Source of the DNA: Chrysemys picta bellii | Lineage: Eukaryota | Length of the DNA: 64,000 bases | Assembly: GCF_011386835.1 (NCBI RefSeq) | Contig: NC_088794.1 | Coordinates: forward strand, 84,630,001 to 84,694,000 | Direction of reading: 5' to 3' | Part shown: positions 35,452 through 49,280 of the stretch, piece by piece | Numbering within the stretch: position 1 is the stretch's first letter | Layout: each line of letters begins with the position of its first letter | Notes under the pieces: model-generated | The model's input: only the letters and a program-made list of their open reading frames with translations | The model's database searches: none | What the model was told of the DNA's origin: nothing | Position numbers and translations under genes: made by a program

Positions 35452-36830
35452 GTCTAGAGTGAACAGATTTCCAATGATTGGGAACTTAGCATCAACTACT
35501 CTTTATTGTTATTCTTTTGCCACCAGTCTTTGGAATCTCAATCCAACATGGAAGCAAACAGACCACAGAGAAGGCAAAAGGCTGTACATTCAAAATGGAG
35601 TCTGCAGCTTGACACAAACACATAGGGTGCATAGTCTCACAAATAATTCATAAACTGTACAGATATATTCCCAACTCATCACACCCTATGCCTGCATCAC
35701 AGAGTCAGTGGGGGGAGGGAGACATTGCACCATGATGCTCAGAGAGGAACAAACATCTTCTCACTTAGGCAGTGAGGTTTGGACCTATGGGTCTTTTAGA
35801 TCTCTTGCTGCTCCTAGAAGCCCAACTAACAGCACCAGCAACACTTTTCCTCAGTCTGCACTTAGCCAGACAACTATGATCATTCTTCTCAGATCTGGAC
35901 CTTCACCTTTGTTACATGCAGGCAGGATTGCTGCAACATGCTCTTCTTGAAGCTTGCCTACTGGTGCTGAACCACAATACAACTGTACTTAATAGGCTGC
36001 ACTGGTTTTCTATTTGCTTCCATGTACAGTATTAATCCTTGGTTAAGCCATAAACCCTTGTATCTTTAGTAAATTGCCAACAACAGATATGATTGCCTGA
36101 GAGATCATCGCTCCCCCTATGTGGAATCCTCTCTAGACTCAGCTTTGATTGTGAGGCATGACATTCCTTCTGAAGGTTCCTTGACTGTGAAATCTGCTTC
36201 CTCTGGGCCTGACAGAGCCCCAAGTTAGTTTGCATTCAGTGCATTAGACAAGACCCACCTGTTTGCTCATAATGAGGGAGTTTATTCTGTTTAGGGTTGA
36301 TCCATTATTACTGGGATTGTCTAAATCACTGGCTGTAGCAACCAACACACAAGTTAAATGTATGGTTTTATTCTGGAAATGTGTCCAATGGCCTAGCAAT
36401 GGACAAGTTTTATAAATAAAACATCATCTGCATTACATTTGTTTTAATGCTTATCACTAATGCTTGCTTATTTTCCTCAGGCTTCCACTAACTGGGTTGT
36501 AGTACAGGGAGTGCTTAAGCTAACATAGAGCTTCTGCCTAACCACAGTATGGGTCTATTTCCGTTTGGGGCCCATTTTACAGGCCTACCTGTGTAACACA
36601 ATTGCACAAGGGGAAAAAACCCACCACAGGAGCCTTTAAACAAAACAATCAAACTAACCTAATCTGGGACCACAAACATTAAAATGCCATAATCCTAATC
36701 CTATGGTTATTGCATGGTGTCACTAAAGGTCAGAGTTAAGGCTGTTTAAGTGCCTTAACTGTTTTTTTTCTTACCTTAACATGTTTGGATTTCTTTTAAG
36801 TGTAACCTTAACTCTGAATTTCCTGGGTTT

Positions 36831-39800
36831 ATAATCATAAACTTTAAGGTTAGAAGGGACCATTATGATCGTCTAGTCTGACCTCCTGCACAACGCAGGC
36901 CACAGAATCTCACCCACCCACTCCTGCATCAAAACCTAACCTATGTCAGAGCTATTGAAGTCCTCAAATTGTGGTTTAAAGACTTCAAGGTGCAGAGAAA
37001 CCTCCAGCAAGTGACCCGTGACCCACGCTACAGAGGAAGGCGAAAAACCTCCAGGACCTCTGCCAATCTGCCCTGGAAGAAAATTCCTTCCTGACCCCAA
37101 ATATGGCGATCAGCTAAACCCTGAGCATGTGGGCAAGACTCACCAGCCAGACACCCAGGAAAGAATTCTCTGTAGTAACTCAGCTCCCACCCCGTCTAAC
37201 ATCTCATCACAGGCCATTGGGCATATTTACCGCAAATAGTCAAAGATCAATTAATTGCCAAAATTAGGCTATCCCATCATACCATCCCCTCAATAAACTT
37301 ATCAAGCTTAGTCTTGAAGCCAGATATTTCTCTTGCCCCCACGGCTCCCCTTGGAAGGCTGTTCCAGAACTTCCCTCCTCTGATGGTTAGAAACCTTCAT
37401 CTAATTTCAAGTCTAAACTTCCTGATGGCCAGTTTACATCCATTTGTTCTTGTGTCCACATTAGTACTGAGCTTAAATAATTCCTCTCCCTCCCTGGTAT
37501 TTATCCCTCAGATATATTTATAGAGAGCAATCATATCTCCCCTCAGCCTTTTTTTGGTTAGGCTAAACAAGCCAAGCTCTTCGAGTCTCCTTGCATAAGA
37601 CAGGCTTTCCTTCCTCAGATCATCCTAGTAGCCCTTCTCTGTACCTGTTCCAGTTCAAATTCATCCTTCTTAAACATGGGAGACGAGAACTGCACACAGT
37701 ATTCAAGATGAGGTCTCACCAGTGCCTTGTATAACGGTGCCTAACACCTCCTTAGCTCTACTGGAAATACCTCGCCTGGTGCATCCCCAAGACTGCATTA
37801 TCTTTTTTCACGGCCATATCACATTGGTGGCTCATAGTCATCCTATGATCAACCAATACTCCAAGGTCCTTCTCCTCCTCTGTTACTTCCAACTGATGCG
37901 TCCCCAGCTTATACAAAAAATTCTTGTTATTAATCCCTAAATGCATGACTTTGCACTATTCACTATTAAATTTCATCCTATTACTATTACTCCATGTATG
38001 ATATCCCGGGCCTTTTCTGTATTGGCAATACTTCCCAGCTTTGTATCATCCGCAAACTTTATTAGCACATTCCCACTTTTTGTGCCAAGGTCAGTAATAA
38101 AAAGATTATATAAGATTGGTCCCAAAACCGATCCGAGGAACTCCACTAGTAACCTCCCTCCAGCCTGACAGTTCACCTTTCAGTATGATCAGTTGTAGTC
38201 TTCCCTTTAACCAGTTCCTTATCCATTTTTCAATTTTCATACTGATCGCCATCTTTTCCAATTTAGCTAATAATTCCCCATGTGGAACCATATCAAATGC
38301 CTTACTGAAATCGAGGTAAATTAGATCCACTGCATTTCCTTTGTCTAAAAGAACTGTTACCTTCTCAAAGAAGGAGATCAAGTTGGTTTGGCACGATCTA
38401 GCTTTTGTAAAACCATGTTGTATTTTGTCCCAATTACCATTGACCTCAATGTCCTTATCAACTTTCTCCTTCAAAATTTTTTCCAAGACCTTGCATACTA
38501 CAGATGTCAAACTAACAGGCCCGTAGTTACCCGGATCACTTTTTTTTCCTTTCTTAAAAATAGGAACTATGTTAGCAATTCTCCAGTCATATAGTACAAC
38601 CCCTGAGTTTACAGATTCATTAAAAATTCTTTCTAATGGGCTTGCAATTTCATGTGCCAGTTCCTTTAATATTCTTGGATGAAGATTATCGGGGCCCCCC
38701 GATTTAGTCCCATGAAGCTGTTCGAGTTTGGCTTCCACCTCAGATGTGGTAATATCTACCCGCATATCCTCATTCCCATTTGTCATCCTACCATTTTCCC
38801 TAAGCTCCTCATTAGCCTCATTAAAGACTGAGGCAAAGTATTTGTTTAGATATTGGGCCATGCCTAGATTATCCTTAACTTCCCCCCCTTCCTCAGTGTT
38901 TAGTGGTCCCACTTCTTCTTTCTTTGTTTTTTCTTATTTATATGGCTATAGAACCTTTTACTATTGGTTTTAATTCCCTTTGCAAGGTCCAACTCGATAT
39001 AGCTTTTGGCCTCTCTCACTTTATCCCTATATGTTCTGACCTCAATAAGGTAGCTTTCCTTGCTGATCCCTCCCATCTTCCACTCCTTGTAGGCTTTCTG
39101 CTTTTTCTTAATCACCTCTCTGAGATGCTTGCTCATCCAGCTTGGTCTACAACTCCTGCTTATTAATTGTTTCCCCTTTCTTGGGATGCAGGCTTCTGAT
39201 AGTTTCTGCAACTTTGAATTGAAGTAATTCCAGGCCTCCTTCGCCTTTAGATCCACAAGTTCTTCAGTCCAATCCACTTCCCTAACTAATTTCCTTAATT
39301 TTGTAAAGTTAGCCCTTTTGAAATCAAAAACCCTAGTCACAAATCTATTTTTGTTTATCCTTCTATTTAGTTTAAACTGAATTAGCTCATGATGGCTCGA
39401 ACCAAAATTGTCCCCTGCAACCATTTCTTCTATGAGGTCCTCACTACTCACCAAAACCAAATCTAAAATGGCATCCCCTCTTGTTGGTTCAGCAACTACT
39501 TGGTGAAGGAATCCATCAGCTATCGCATTCAGGGAAATCTGAGCCCTATTATTATTATTAGCACTTGTCTTCCAGTCTATATCTGGGAAGTTAAAGTCTC
39601 CCATGATCACACAATTCCCATTAGTATTTACTTAATTAAAAACATTAAAGAGGTCTCTATCCATATCCAAATCAGATCCCGGTGGTCTACAGCACACCCC
39701 AAGCACTATCCCAGGGGAGGCTCTAGTAGCTTTCTTCCCCAATGTGATTTTTGCACAGACAGACTCGGCCTTATCCATTCCATCCCTTCTTATTTCTTTA

Positions 39801-40182
39801 CAGTCTACCTCATCATTGATATACAATGCTACTCCACCACCTTTGCCTTTATTTCTGTCTTTCCTAAACAGCACATACCGTTCAATACCTGTACTCCAGT
39901 CAGGACTACTATTCCACCATGTTTCTGTTATCCCTATAATATCTGGTTTGACTTCACATTGGTGTACTGACATCTTAATTTTTGCTGTTTGGCTTCGCTC
40001 ACATTCTTTACCTGATTAGGCCCAGACATTCTACTGCCAGTTTCACCTATTAGACTGGTATCTACACTACCCTTCCTCTTTATGTCCATTCTCCTACCCA
40101 TGGCTGTATCCTTTCTTACTTTGTTTTCTTCCCTCTCAATGTTAAAATCCAGCATGGAGATTACCTGGACATCTCCCAATCA
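36831..40182 (-). mobile_element. CR1 LINE ORF2 (endonuclease and RT), frameshifted and internally deleted, in KBTBD4 intron 2
   Basis: PDIIGITETWW, IMGDFNFPDIDW, PTRGDAILDLVL, GPDNLHPRILKE, YLDFSKAFD and KFADDTK; tail ATGATTAT. Confidence 0.93.
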
Positions 40183-42292
40183 AATGCATGTTTTTAGGGT
40201 AATTACAAACAAGCTGTACGTTTTTTTGTACCCTTGAGATACTGATATACACTTTCAACCCTAACTCCATCTGAACAGCTTGTCTGTGGATTTCCTAAGT
40301 TTTTTTAAATTACAAAGTTTCATACACACCCTAATCTAGAAAATGCTACCATGCGATATTTCTAATGATTTGCAGATATTCAGTATCAATCTTAATTTTT
40401 TTTTATTTTAACTTTTATGGATAGATTCACCAGTACCTCCAAAGCAGTGCACAGCTGCCAGCGAGGGTGGGTTCACAGCTGCTTTGCCTCGCTGGAGCAG
40501 CACAAAGCACACAAAGCATTCCGGTGAATCTGGCCCTTAATTTGCAGTTGACTTATTGGAGGGCTGTGTTAATTAAAATACTGCTAAGCAGAGAGCACCA
40601 GGGTGAACTCAATCCCCTATTCCCATTATTACTGAATTTTAAGGACTCCCCCATAATCCTGCCTGAATTACCCTGGCAGTGCTGTCTCAACACATTGTAG
40701 AGCCATCAAAGCAGTACCACGGGGAAGCCTTTCAAGCACTGATGCCCAAGCCAGCATGAAGCCATAGAATTTTTAAAGAGCAGTGGCAGATGGGCCAAGC
40801 ATCTGACATGTGAGAACTCTTGACATGTGTCCGCTCTCCTTCATACCACTGACTCACTGCAACCAATAGGCTCCACTTGAGTTACCTGTCTAGTGTATAC
40901 AATCCTAACAATTAGATACAATTGTTTATAACTACATTAAAGTTATACCCTACTTTCTTCAAATATGGCCTATGCATAAAATTTCAATTAATTTTAAGTA
41001 TATGGAAAGTTTGAAGTGTCTGCATTATTATTCTATTGCTAAGATCATTTAGGACAAAGAAAAGGCAGATTAAGAAATGTAACAAAGGACCACATCTTTA
41101 ATTAATTTTATCATAAACAAATTAACAGAGTTACTTGCAAATACTTTGAAAATTCATTCTGTAGTAGCAGAATGTGCAGGAAAGTTGAGGATGATGTACT
41201 GTATTTTTCACACAAACAAGACATTGAAGCCCTGCTTTAAGTGAAAAATGGTACCCAACCTTAATTATGGAGTCGCAACCAGCACCTCCATACTACCAGA
41301 AGGAAAAAGACAGTAGGGAGAAAGCATTAAAAGAGAATGAAAGGGCTGGAATTAATCATGACTCAAATGGCTGAAATACTGGGCACCACCTTTAGATCTT
41401 GTTTTCCAAAAGAAGTGAAGTTCGGGTAACTAAGACAGGAGGAAGCCCCTGTAAAAATAGCTCTCGCTAAAAAGATAAGGGAATCCTTGGAAGAGGACAC
41501 ATAGACATTAGTGGGACAATATGCATCCCAAGCTGTTAAGGGAGCTAGCAAACAGACTTAACGTACCATCGAGTTATTTCTGGAAAAATCCTGCAAACAT
41601 TCCAAAAATCTGAAGAAAAGCACATACAATTATAGGCTCCCCTACACCAGCTATGTATGTGGCTTGATTACCTACTGAAAGCCCTACAATATGAGTGGAG
41701 CAAAGTGTCTTCTATAGGAAACCAATTGATATGACACAACATGTGTTTGGCGCTTTACAAACAAATCTAGCTCTGAAATGCTTTCTACTGAAATTGACAA
41801 TTATTTGAGGAAACTCATAATATTATTGAAAATACCACATAGGATGGAAGCTCAACAGTTCACTGAAGGTTCATAAACTACACCCGAGTTATCAGTGAGC
41901 CGGGACCCCCATAAGGTTTAATGCCAAGCATCCCCTGAAACCTATGAGGTTGTTACCCTTTCCCCAGGAACTGCTGTGAGATAGACAATATGACCATGTT
42001 ACCAGCATCTTTTATGTTAATGTAGCTATTGCTCAAAGGGTGGATGCTTCACTGCCAGCTGCATTTACCAAGGCTTCTTTGAATAAGTTATGCTGGATGG
42101 TTTGCTATGGGAAGACTTGCTTTGATCAGCCTCTGAATACGATAGTTGGATCCTCTGAATCCCATCCTCCTGGCCTTCTTCAAAGCCACCCTGCTGGTTG
42201 TTCAGATAATCCCCACAAACCTCTGAGACAGCCACCCCAAATCTTTCTCCACACCCACATCCTGGCAGGTCTCATAAGCCCCCTGTGCCTAC

Positions 42293-42913
42293 CTGTAAGA
42301 ATGTCTGTCAGCAGGCGGAGAGGTAGGTGCAGGAACTCCTCTGTATCCTGAAGCTGTGACAAATGTGACTTGGCACAGTGCTTTGCAGCTGTGTAGAGCT
42401 CCACGTCACTGTGTTGATCTGCCAGCCACATAACCTGAAGACAATTTCTCACCTGCACCGTGCGGGCCAGGAAACGGGAGCACTCCTCAAAAAGGGCAGT
42501 CAGCTGGTACATATCTGCCACCTCATACGTTTCCTGCAACTCTTCTGCCCGCAGCTTTACAGTCCCATGGTAAATATAGTCCACCAGGAGTTGGAAAACA
42601 CTCTCGCTAACATCTTGCAGCTCAATCACCTGGTTGTGAGCCTCCTTCAGGTTGGAAGTGAACATGGAACGAAAGAAGCAGCTCTGAGCTGAGAGGACTA
42701 GCCGGTGCAGCTGGAATTCTTTGCCTTCCACTGAGATGGTAACATCAGCAAAGAGCTCATCCTCCAGACAGAGCTTCATAATACCCTGAGCTACGCGGCC
42801 TGAGTGAGAACGGTCAGTGAAGGTGTAATTCACAAAGTAGTTCTCTTCTGTGGAGGAGCCCCCAGTCTCCTCCGATGAGTCCATGTTGCTGCACAGATCT
42901 GACCTCCAGCAAT
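42293..42913 (-). CDS. KBTBD4: KBTBD4 exon 2 (BTB/BACK; internal ATG at 42884)
   Basis: ttttacag|(D)CWRSDLCSN-MDSSEE...ENYFVNYTF.DRSHSGRVAQGIMKLCL...HRLVLSAQSCFFRSMF...LLTDILT|gtaggc. Confidence 0.97.
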
Positions 42914-43819
42914 CTGTAAAACAATGGCAGTGAGACTCTCCCCTCAACTAACAAGATCATGCAGCTCAGGGTACATGCAACTCCAAAAGCCAAGAGGAGT
43001 CGGTGGGTAGCCAAACAAACTGCAGCCTAAGTAACATAGCTACTAGAAACTTCCACCTGATCTGCAGTGCTTCCTTATAAGTGCAGCACATGAGGTGATG
43101 TGATTAAAACTGCCACAACTGTCACTACAGTGGTAGCCTCATGCAACAGTGGAATCCCAATATTCCAATCCCTGGAATTAGCAAACACAATTACCCTTTC
43201 ATCCCCATCTCAGCATCCTAGTGAAATATAGCAAAAGAGATCTAAGGTATGTAGGGGACATAGCCAGCAACCCAAATCATGAATCTCTCCTTTACAACAG
43301 AGGGGGCACATGAAAGAAATTTCAGAATTTATGACTCTAATAAAGTCAGATTCATTCTTCTCACATTGCATACTCCCCACTTCCGGTTTGATAACAGGGA
43401 TTTCTGAAATCAATAAAGCAAGGAAAAGATGGTATTATTAGTGTGGGCAGGTAAGATGCAAACAAGGTTGAGGCATGGTGTGTCGGCAAAGGGAGTCTTC
43501 AAACTACCCAGATGAGAAATTTGCCAAGTGCCTGAGAGTTGCATTAAATTTATATGAAGTGCCCTGCATCTTCAATATGAGATACAACGTGTAGAGATGA
43601 CTAGTCCCAGGCAACTTGAATCAGATAATCAAGTACTATAGAAAGGCTTCACATTTCAAGCCAGATGGTACCTGCCAGATGTTATTAGCTGTAATCTCCA
43701 TTAGCAGCAGGGCAAGGTCAAAAGAAGCAATGATGTCTCTTTGGCAGGCATTTCCCCAGGGGCAGGAGGCGAGGTAGGTCTCTGCCACAACGAAGAGCTG
43801 CTGCAGAGAGGGTTGGCAG

Positions 43820-43948
43820 TAGAGTGACCAGACGTCCCAATAAAATCGGGACCGTCCCGATATTTAGGTGTTTGTCCTGCATCCCGACCGATCTTTGGTC
43901 AGGACACAATTTGTCCCAATATTTTCTTCCTCTCATCTGGTCAGCCTA
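43820..43948. mobile_element. Small hAT MITE
   Basis: TIRs TAGAGTGACCAGA / TCTGGTCAGCCTA; flanks GTTGGCAG / GGTGGTAG (6 of 8). Confidence 0.7.
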
Positions 43949-44539
43949 GGTGGTAGCTACCTCTTTACCTCACTGGTGATGCTATTGTGCAACTGGAGGG
44001 TTTTGGCATCAGCAGCAGATGCATCCCAGCAATAGCAGAACATAGACAAGCTTCTTACAATTGGGACTATGCTCACTCAAAACTCATTTTCACCCCTCAG
44101 CGAGAGACTAAATTTCTAGCCCCAACTCTAGTGGGCCATAAGGTTAACATTCAAACGTAATCATAGCAGTTATCTCTGCATCATCATTTTTCAGTGATTT
44201 CAATAGGATGATTTCATCCAAGAAGTTTGCAATTGCTGTAGTCCTTCGGTTGAAGATATAGGCCCACAATTGTTCAACTCTGTCTGTAATTTGGAAGCAT
44301 TCCTGGGGGTTCTTTGCTGAAACTAAAACACACACACAGCAGTGACCATGAGCAACACTTCCTATCATTTCTGGTTGCCAAGAAGATCCTCTATTCTGGA
44401 GAATGATAACCTTGCCTCAGCTATAAGTATCTTTGTTACTTCTCAGCTGGACTACAGCAGCATAACATACCTGGGCATGAAACCATCAATCTCTAACTAG
44501 TACAGAACTCAGTACCTCTCCTTGGCAAAACAGGCCACC

Positions 44540-45085
44540 ACAGCTACATCAAACCTGTCCCCTGCTCTCTACAGTGTCCTCCCATAGGCAATTTCAAGTT
44601 AAATTCAAGGTTTTGTTCCTTATCTTCAAGGCTCTCGACAACCTGAGCCCAGGACATCTAAAAGATCACCTGAAGTGCCAGGATAAGAACGGTGATCGGC
44701 AACGTCACTCTTCAGGTACCATGAACTTTTACTGAAAGGGTAACGCTCACTTGTGGTGGAAACAGACCTTTCTCAGACTGTGGAACAAACTCCCATAGGA
44801 ACTAAGGACCATCACAAACCTCATCACCTACTCCAAGTATAGAGTCCATTTTTTCAACCTTGCCTTCTCCAATATGAATACAAAGCAGCATGTTCTTATT
44901 AAAAAGCTGTACCTACTAAAACAAAACACTGCAATGCACACACAGCTTCCTTTTTGGGGTGAGGATGAGAAAAAGAATGAACTGCATGTGACAGATGCTA
45001 ATCACGTCATTTAATGCACTGTTGGAAGGTGTTCAATGACTGCAATGATGAAGGTGACTTACCTATATAGAAAATAAAATAGATA
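44540..45085 (+). mobile_element. L2 LINE 3' fragment
   Basis: Collinear similarity to the L2 3' part at ~53410-53965. Confidence 0.6.
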
Positions 45086-46782
45086 CCAACAGTCATTTTC
45101 CTTTTCTCTTGTCTAAAATAAAGAATCCACCAGGGAAACGACATCTTAGTATACTACTATTAAAAACTACAGTTGAAGCAGAATAAAGGCTGCAAAAACA
45201 AGTGCACAAATTCTGATAATGCTAAAGGTGACATTTCCCTCATAACATTAACTTGACCACATGTCATGTGCAGGATTTTTCAAAGATTGGGGAGTTGTAT
45301 AATCTTCAGCTAAAGACTGGTGGTAAAATACACAATGGGAGGATCCACTTTCATGCTCTCTTCTATACCATGTGCTCATGAGCATTATTTCTTAGCGCAC
45401 TCAGAGACCTCCGATAACAATTTCAATTTCTATCTCCATGGTGATGATACTCAGATCTATTTCTGTCTTTTCCAGTGAAGGGCAGTTTGGCTGGGCAGGT
45501 CTGGGATCAGTTGGAGTCTGTCTCTCCCACATTTCTTCATGGAGGCCTCAACAATTTAAGCTCATCTTTCTTCCTATATCTTCCCCATGTCTCCCATTCT
45601 CTATCACAGTTGACAACACCACTGCCTATATTACTTACATGATCAGGGAGTCATCTTAGGCTCCTCCCTCTCCCACCACTTTTTCCTCTGTCCCAACAGC
45701 TAACACACTTTTACAAGCCCTAATTATTTCCCAATTTGATTCCTGCAACCTCCTCCTCCTCCTTTGGCCTCCCTACTACCCATACCATTGCTCCCTCCAG
45801 TGTATCCAAGTTGTGGCAGAGAGATTAAAAAAACTATTAATTATTTTATTGAATTTCATATAAGTATCTAATTATGCAATCAATCCAAGGAAGAGAGGGA
45901 TAGAACTACCCCCAAAAAGAACTGATGAAAAAAGAAACGAAGGAAAAAGTGATGGAAAAGTGGAGTGCTTCACAGGTTGTTTGATGAATGTCAAGCATAT
46001 GAATTCAAATGCAACAGAGCTCTGCTTCTTGTGACAATGGATAATTGATCACATCAGCATATAAAGATTACATCTTTCAAATTGTTTGAGTCTTTTGTAT
46101 GCCGTACTTCCAAGCCCACCAAATCAATGCTGGTCCCATCCTGGGAGTGCGGAAGGCGCTTGAAAAGCAGTCCCCTCCCTGGATCTTTCCTGCCTCCTTT
46201 CATCCAGCCCTTCACCACTGACTGAGATTTACCTTCAAGTAAACTCTTGGACAACACCAGACAGGCTTGCGCTTCGCTCTCCTCTGCTACCCTCCTGTCC
46301 ACGCCTCCTACCCCGGGCTTCCCCTGCATGCGCGGCACACTGCCCACAGGCCTGAAATACCAGTCCCACACCGGCCGCAGGCCGCCCCTCTCCTCAGATC
46401 CCGCTCAGAAATCTGCTCCTTCGAGTCCCCCAAGGCACGCGAGTCCAGCCAAACCGGGACGGCCCCCCTCGCACCTCCCGCCAGCCAAAGCCCCCCATCC
46501 GCTGGGCCAAACCGCGGCCCCCACCTCCCCTTGCCCGCCACCCCCCAGCTCGCCCCCTGGGACAGGAAGGCTCCTCCCCCTAGGCGCGGCCCATCCTGGA
46601 CCCGGAGCCAGCGCCCGCCGCTCTCCACCGAGGGTGCCCAGTAGCCCGGGCGAGGTTCTCGGCTACAGCCCTCCCGCCCTGGTGCGCCGCCGCTCCCGCG
46701 GTGGGGAAGGACGGTGGCACTAAGGGAAAAACGCCGCGCGGACTTAGCCTGGGAAACGCGCCAGCCCCGCGAGGGTTCCCAC

Positions 46783-46801
46783 CTGCGGCTCTTCCCTTCA
46801 T
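46783..46801 (-). CDS. KBTBD4: KBTBD4 exon 1 coding part (long isoform)
   Basis: ATG AAG GGA AGA GCC GCA G|GTGGGA = MKGRAA(D); phase 1 joins exon 2 in frame; same 16-aa extension length as the mammalian long isoform as I recall it (MKGGNAD...). Confidence 0.78.
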
Positions 46802-47041
46802 GCCGCCGGCCCGGGCCGGAACCTCCCACCAGCCTTCCGGGGAACCTCACAACGGCTGCACCTTCCTTTTCCGCATAGCAACGCGTTCGGAACTTCCGGT
46901 CAACTTACCGGAATCTCGCGGAGAAACTGACGGCAGTGGCACTTCCGGTTCATGGACTGGGGACTTCAATGGTAGAGGCGCCTTCCGGTTCCGGTCTGTG
47001 TCCTTGTTTGTCCGTGTTCCCGGCTCGCTGCCTGGGGCAGG

Positions 47042-47084
47042 ATGTTGGCAGCAGCGCTAGGGCTGGCCCGGGCTGGCCTTAGAG
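47042..47084 (+). CDS. NDUFS3: NADH:ubiquinone oxidoreductase core subunit S3, exon 1
   Basis: MLAAALGLARAGLR + G|GTGAGG; mitochondrial presequence composition; phase 1. Confidence 0.85.
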
Positions 47085-48157
47085 GTGAGGCAATGGGGCA
47101 GGGAGAGGTTTCTGGGGCTGGTGGGAGGGCGGCTGGGCCTGGGCTGGCGGGGAGGGAGTCGGGTCCCCCGTGACCCCGGCCCCACGTGAGTCGGGTTGCC
47201 TGGGCGAGGAGCCCCTCGGTAGGACCGGCCCATGTGCAGCTCCTGCTGGCTGGGGCAGGGGTCACCGTGACCCCTTCTAGCCGTGCGTAGAGTAGTTCGG
47301 TGGCAGAGGCTGTCTTCCTGCCCAGCTCTCCTCTGTCTCGCTGGGTCGGCTAGTGCCGCCCTTTGGGGAAAGATTTTACTTCTATGAGTTCTGTACAGCT
47401 AAATGGCAAATGTCTTTTGTGTCTCACTGGCCACCTGCGTCTCCCTGGTTTCTCCGGGCCTCGCTTCTGTTGGTGACTCCAGGTTTAGTGAGAATCTGCC
47501 TGCTCATGTGCTGTAAGATATCTGCTGAGTTGGCGCTTCTGGGAGAAGGCTTGAATAACGTGGTGATGATCGTGATATAAACATCAAGACAGAAAGAAGA
47601 GATCTCCGAGTTCCATGTTATATTTGATCTGTTCTTTCTGTTAAGCGTGTTACTGTTTGCTCTAGTATATCAAGCACTGCTCACTTCTAAGTAAAATAGT
47701 TGGGCATATGGTTTAGATATTGCTGTAGGAAATGGAGTGATACATCCTCCACTTCTAAAATGTGACTAATCAGATTTCTGGTTTAGGAAAAGAGGGTTTA
47801 TTGCTTTGCATGTAAAAGATATCACCATAGCCTTTGTTTTTGCATAGTACTTAGTAGAGGGAATAGGCCCCTTTGGTAGAATTTGTGTGTGTGAGAGTAG
47901 CACTTGTCTGCTGGACTGCACATTCATGATTTCTTTTGGGGTATTTTCACTACACTATATGATTATTGTTTGGGGGGAGAGGTGGAGGGGCAGGTCAGAC
48001 TTAATTCCCATATGTTAAAATGGAGCTCACCTCACCAGGATGGAGCAACATGAGGGAGTCTCCTGGTCTCTGGAAAGGAGGAAAGAAGGCATTCCTCCTT
48101 ATAGGAGGATGGAGTACGTGGTACAGACTGTTTCATCTATGCTCTTTCTCTTTGTAG

Positions 48158-48223
48158 CTGCTGCACGCCCTGCAGTGCTGTTGCCAGCTCGTTTTGAGGG
48201 GAGCTCTACAACAGAGACCCGTT
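48158..48223 (+). CDS. NDUFS3: NDUFS3 exon 2
   Basis: tctctttgtag|(A)AARPAVLLPARFEGSSTTETR|gtaagt; 66 nt, phase 1 to 1. Confidence 0.88.
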
Positions 48224-49182
48224 GTAAGTCTGAGTTTATTAGTATTTCACCAACTCCTGGAGTCTGTATAGTGGGTATCATTTAGAATAACTCAGTAAGG
48301 TGACCATATTTTCAAATTCAACCCAGAACATTTTTGCAGTGACATTTACATATATAAAAAAAAAAATTGTGCTTTATTTTTTCTAAGTGTGCTGATGCTA
48401 CTGCCAGCTTCTGACTCCACCATAACATTCGCATATTTCTCCGAGGGGAAGAGGATTTTTAACTTTGGTAATACTCTTTCCATTAGACTGTTTCTGGTAA
48501 TCACCCCAGATCTAATTCTGTGTTTCAGTAAATCTTGAACAACAAAAAATAAACCTTTTGGTTGACGAAAAAAAACAAGGACACTTCAGGTGTTGTGAAA
48601 GAAGTTGCCGAGATGCTAGAACATTATGGGACTGTCCTGGTAAAACTAAGACATTATGTGCTGGAGAAACTGCTTTCCTCTTATCAGGAATCAGTCTGTT
48701 AAATCCCTTAGGAAATGTTTGCTGATGTTCAGTCTAAACTTCTCTTTCACTTTATTCCTTTTACTGAATTATAACATCCCCCTACCTTCTGATTCCACTC
48801 AGTGTGATGCAAGTAGTTTCATATTCATGGTGACAGGGTGTTCTGTTGTCTGACCTCTGATGGGCAAGTCTACTCCAGTGCCCAGCCACTTACCAAAGTC
48901 TATTTTCTAAATATGCTATGCATCATGTACATTACCAGAGATTAGACTCTATATATTCCTCCTAGTGTTGGTAGATAGTCATTTAGTTCACCATGTTATG
49001 AGGTTTTGAGTTGATCTTTGCAATCATGGCTTGTCTCCCCCTGCCTAGCTGCTCCCTGCTGGGGAACAGACCTATGGCCAAGCTGACTAGAGTCATGCTG
49101 AGCTAGTGTGGCCTGGGAGTTACTGCTCCTCTTTCTATGGCTTACCATGCGATAGCCCTGAGAAGTCTCTTGTTCTTTCCAG

Positions 49183-49280
49183 TCACCATTCGACCAAAGG
49201 ATGAAGTGGCCCAGAACCAGCTATGTGCTTTTGGAGAGTATGTGGCTGAAATTCTGCCCAAGTATATCCAGCAAGTCCAG
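49183..49280 (+). CDS. NDUFS3: NDUFS3 exon 3
   Basis: ttctttccag|[32 protein letters not shown]|gtaggt; 98 nt. Confidence 0.97.

Larger units (their letters stand above)
46250..47350. promoter_or_regulatory. CpG island, bidirectional KBTBD4/NDUFS3 promoter
   Basis: Divergent ATGs 240 bp apart; ACTTCCGG at 46892 and 46941, CTTCCGG at 46834 and 46982. Confidence 0.88.

Noticed and set aside
35068-35457. Mirror-image ORFs of 129 and 111 aa on opposite strands
   Set aside because: A by-product of the palindromic MITE, not a gene pair.
44144-44316. Possible in-frame poison exon in KBTBD4 intron 1 (tttcag|CAAAG, open for ~57 codons)
   Set aside because: Phase match has a 1-in-3 chance, there is no good donor or recognisable homology, and no expression evidence is available.
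46952-47041. Upstream ATGs (46952, 46969) before NDUFS3
   Set aside because: They lie among the ETS sites and probably upstream of the TSS; cannot be supported without CAGE.
46054-47265. Long Pro/Gly/Arg-rich ORFs
   Set aside because: CpG-island artefacts; only the 19-nt KBTBD4 and 43-nt NDUFS3 coding starts fit splice phase.
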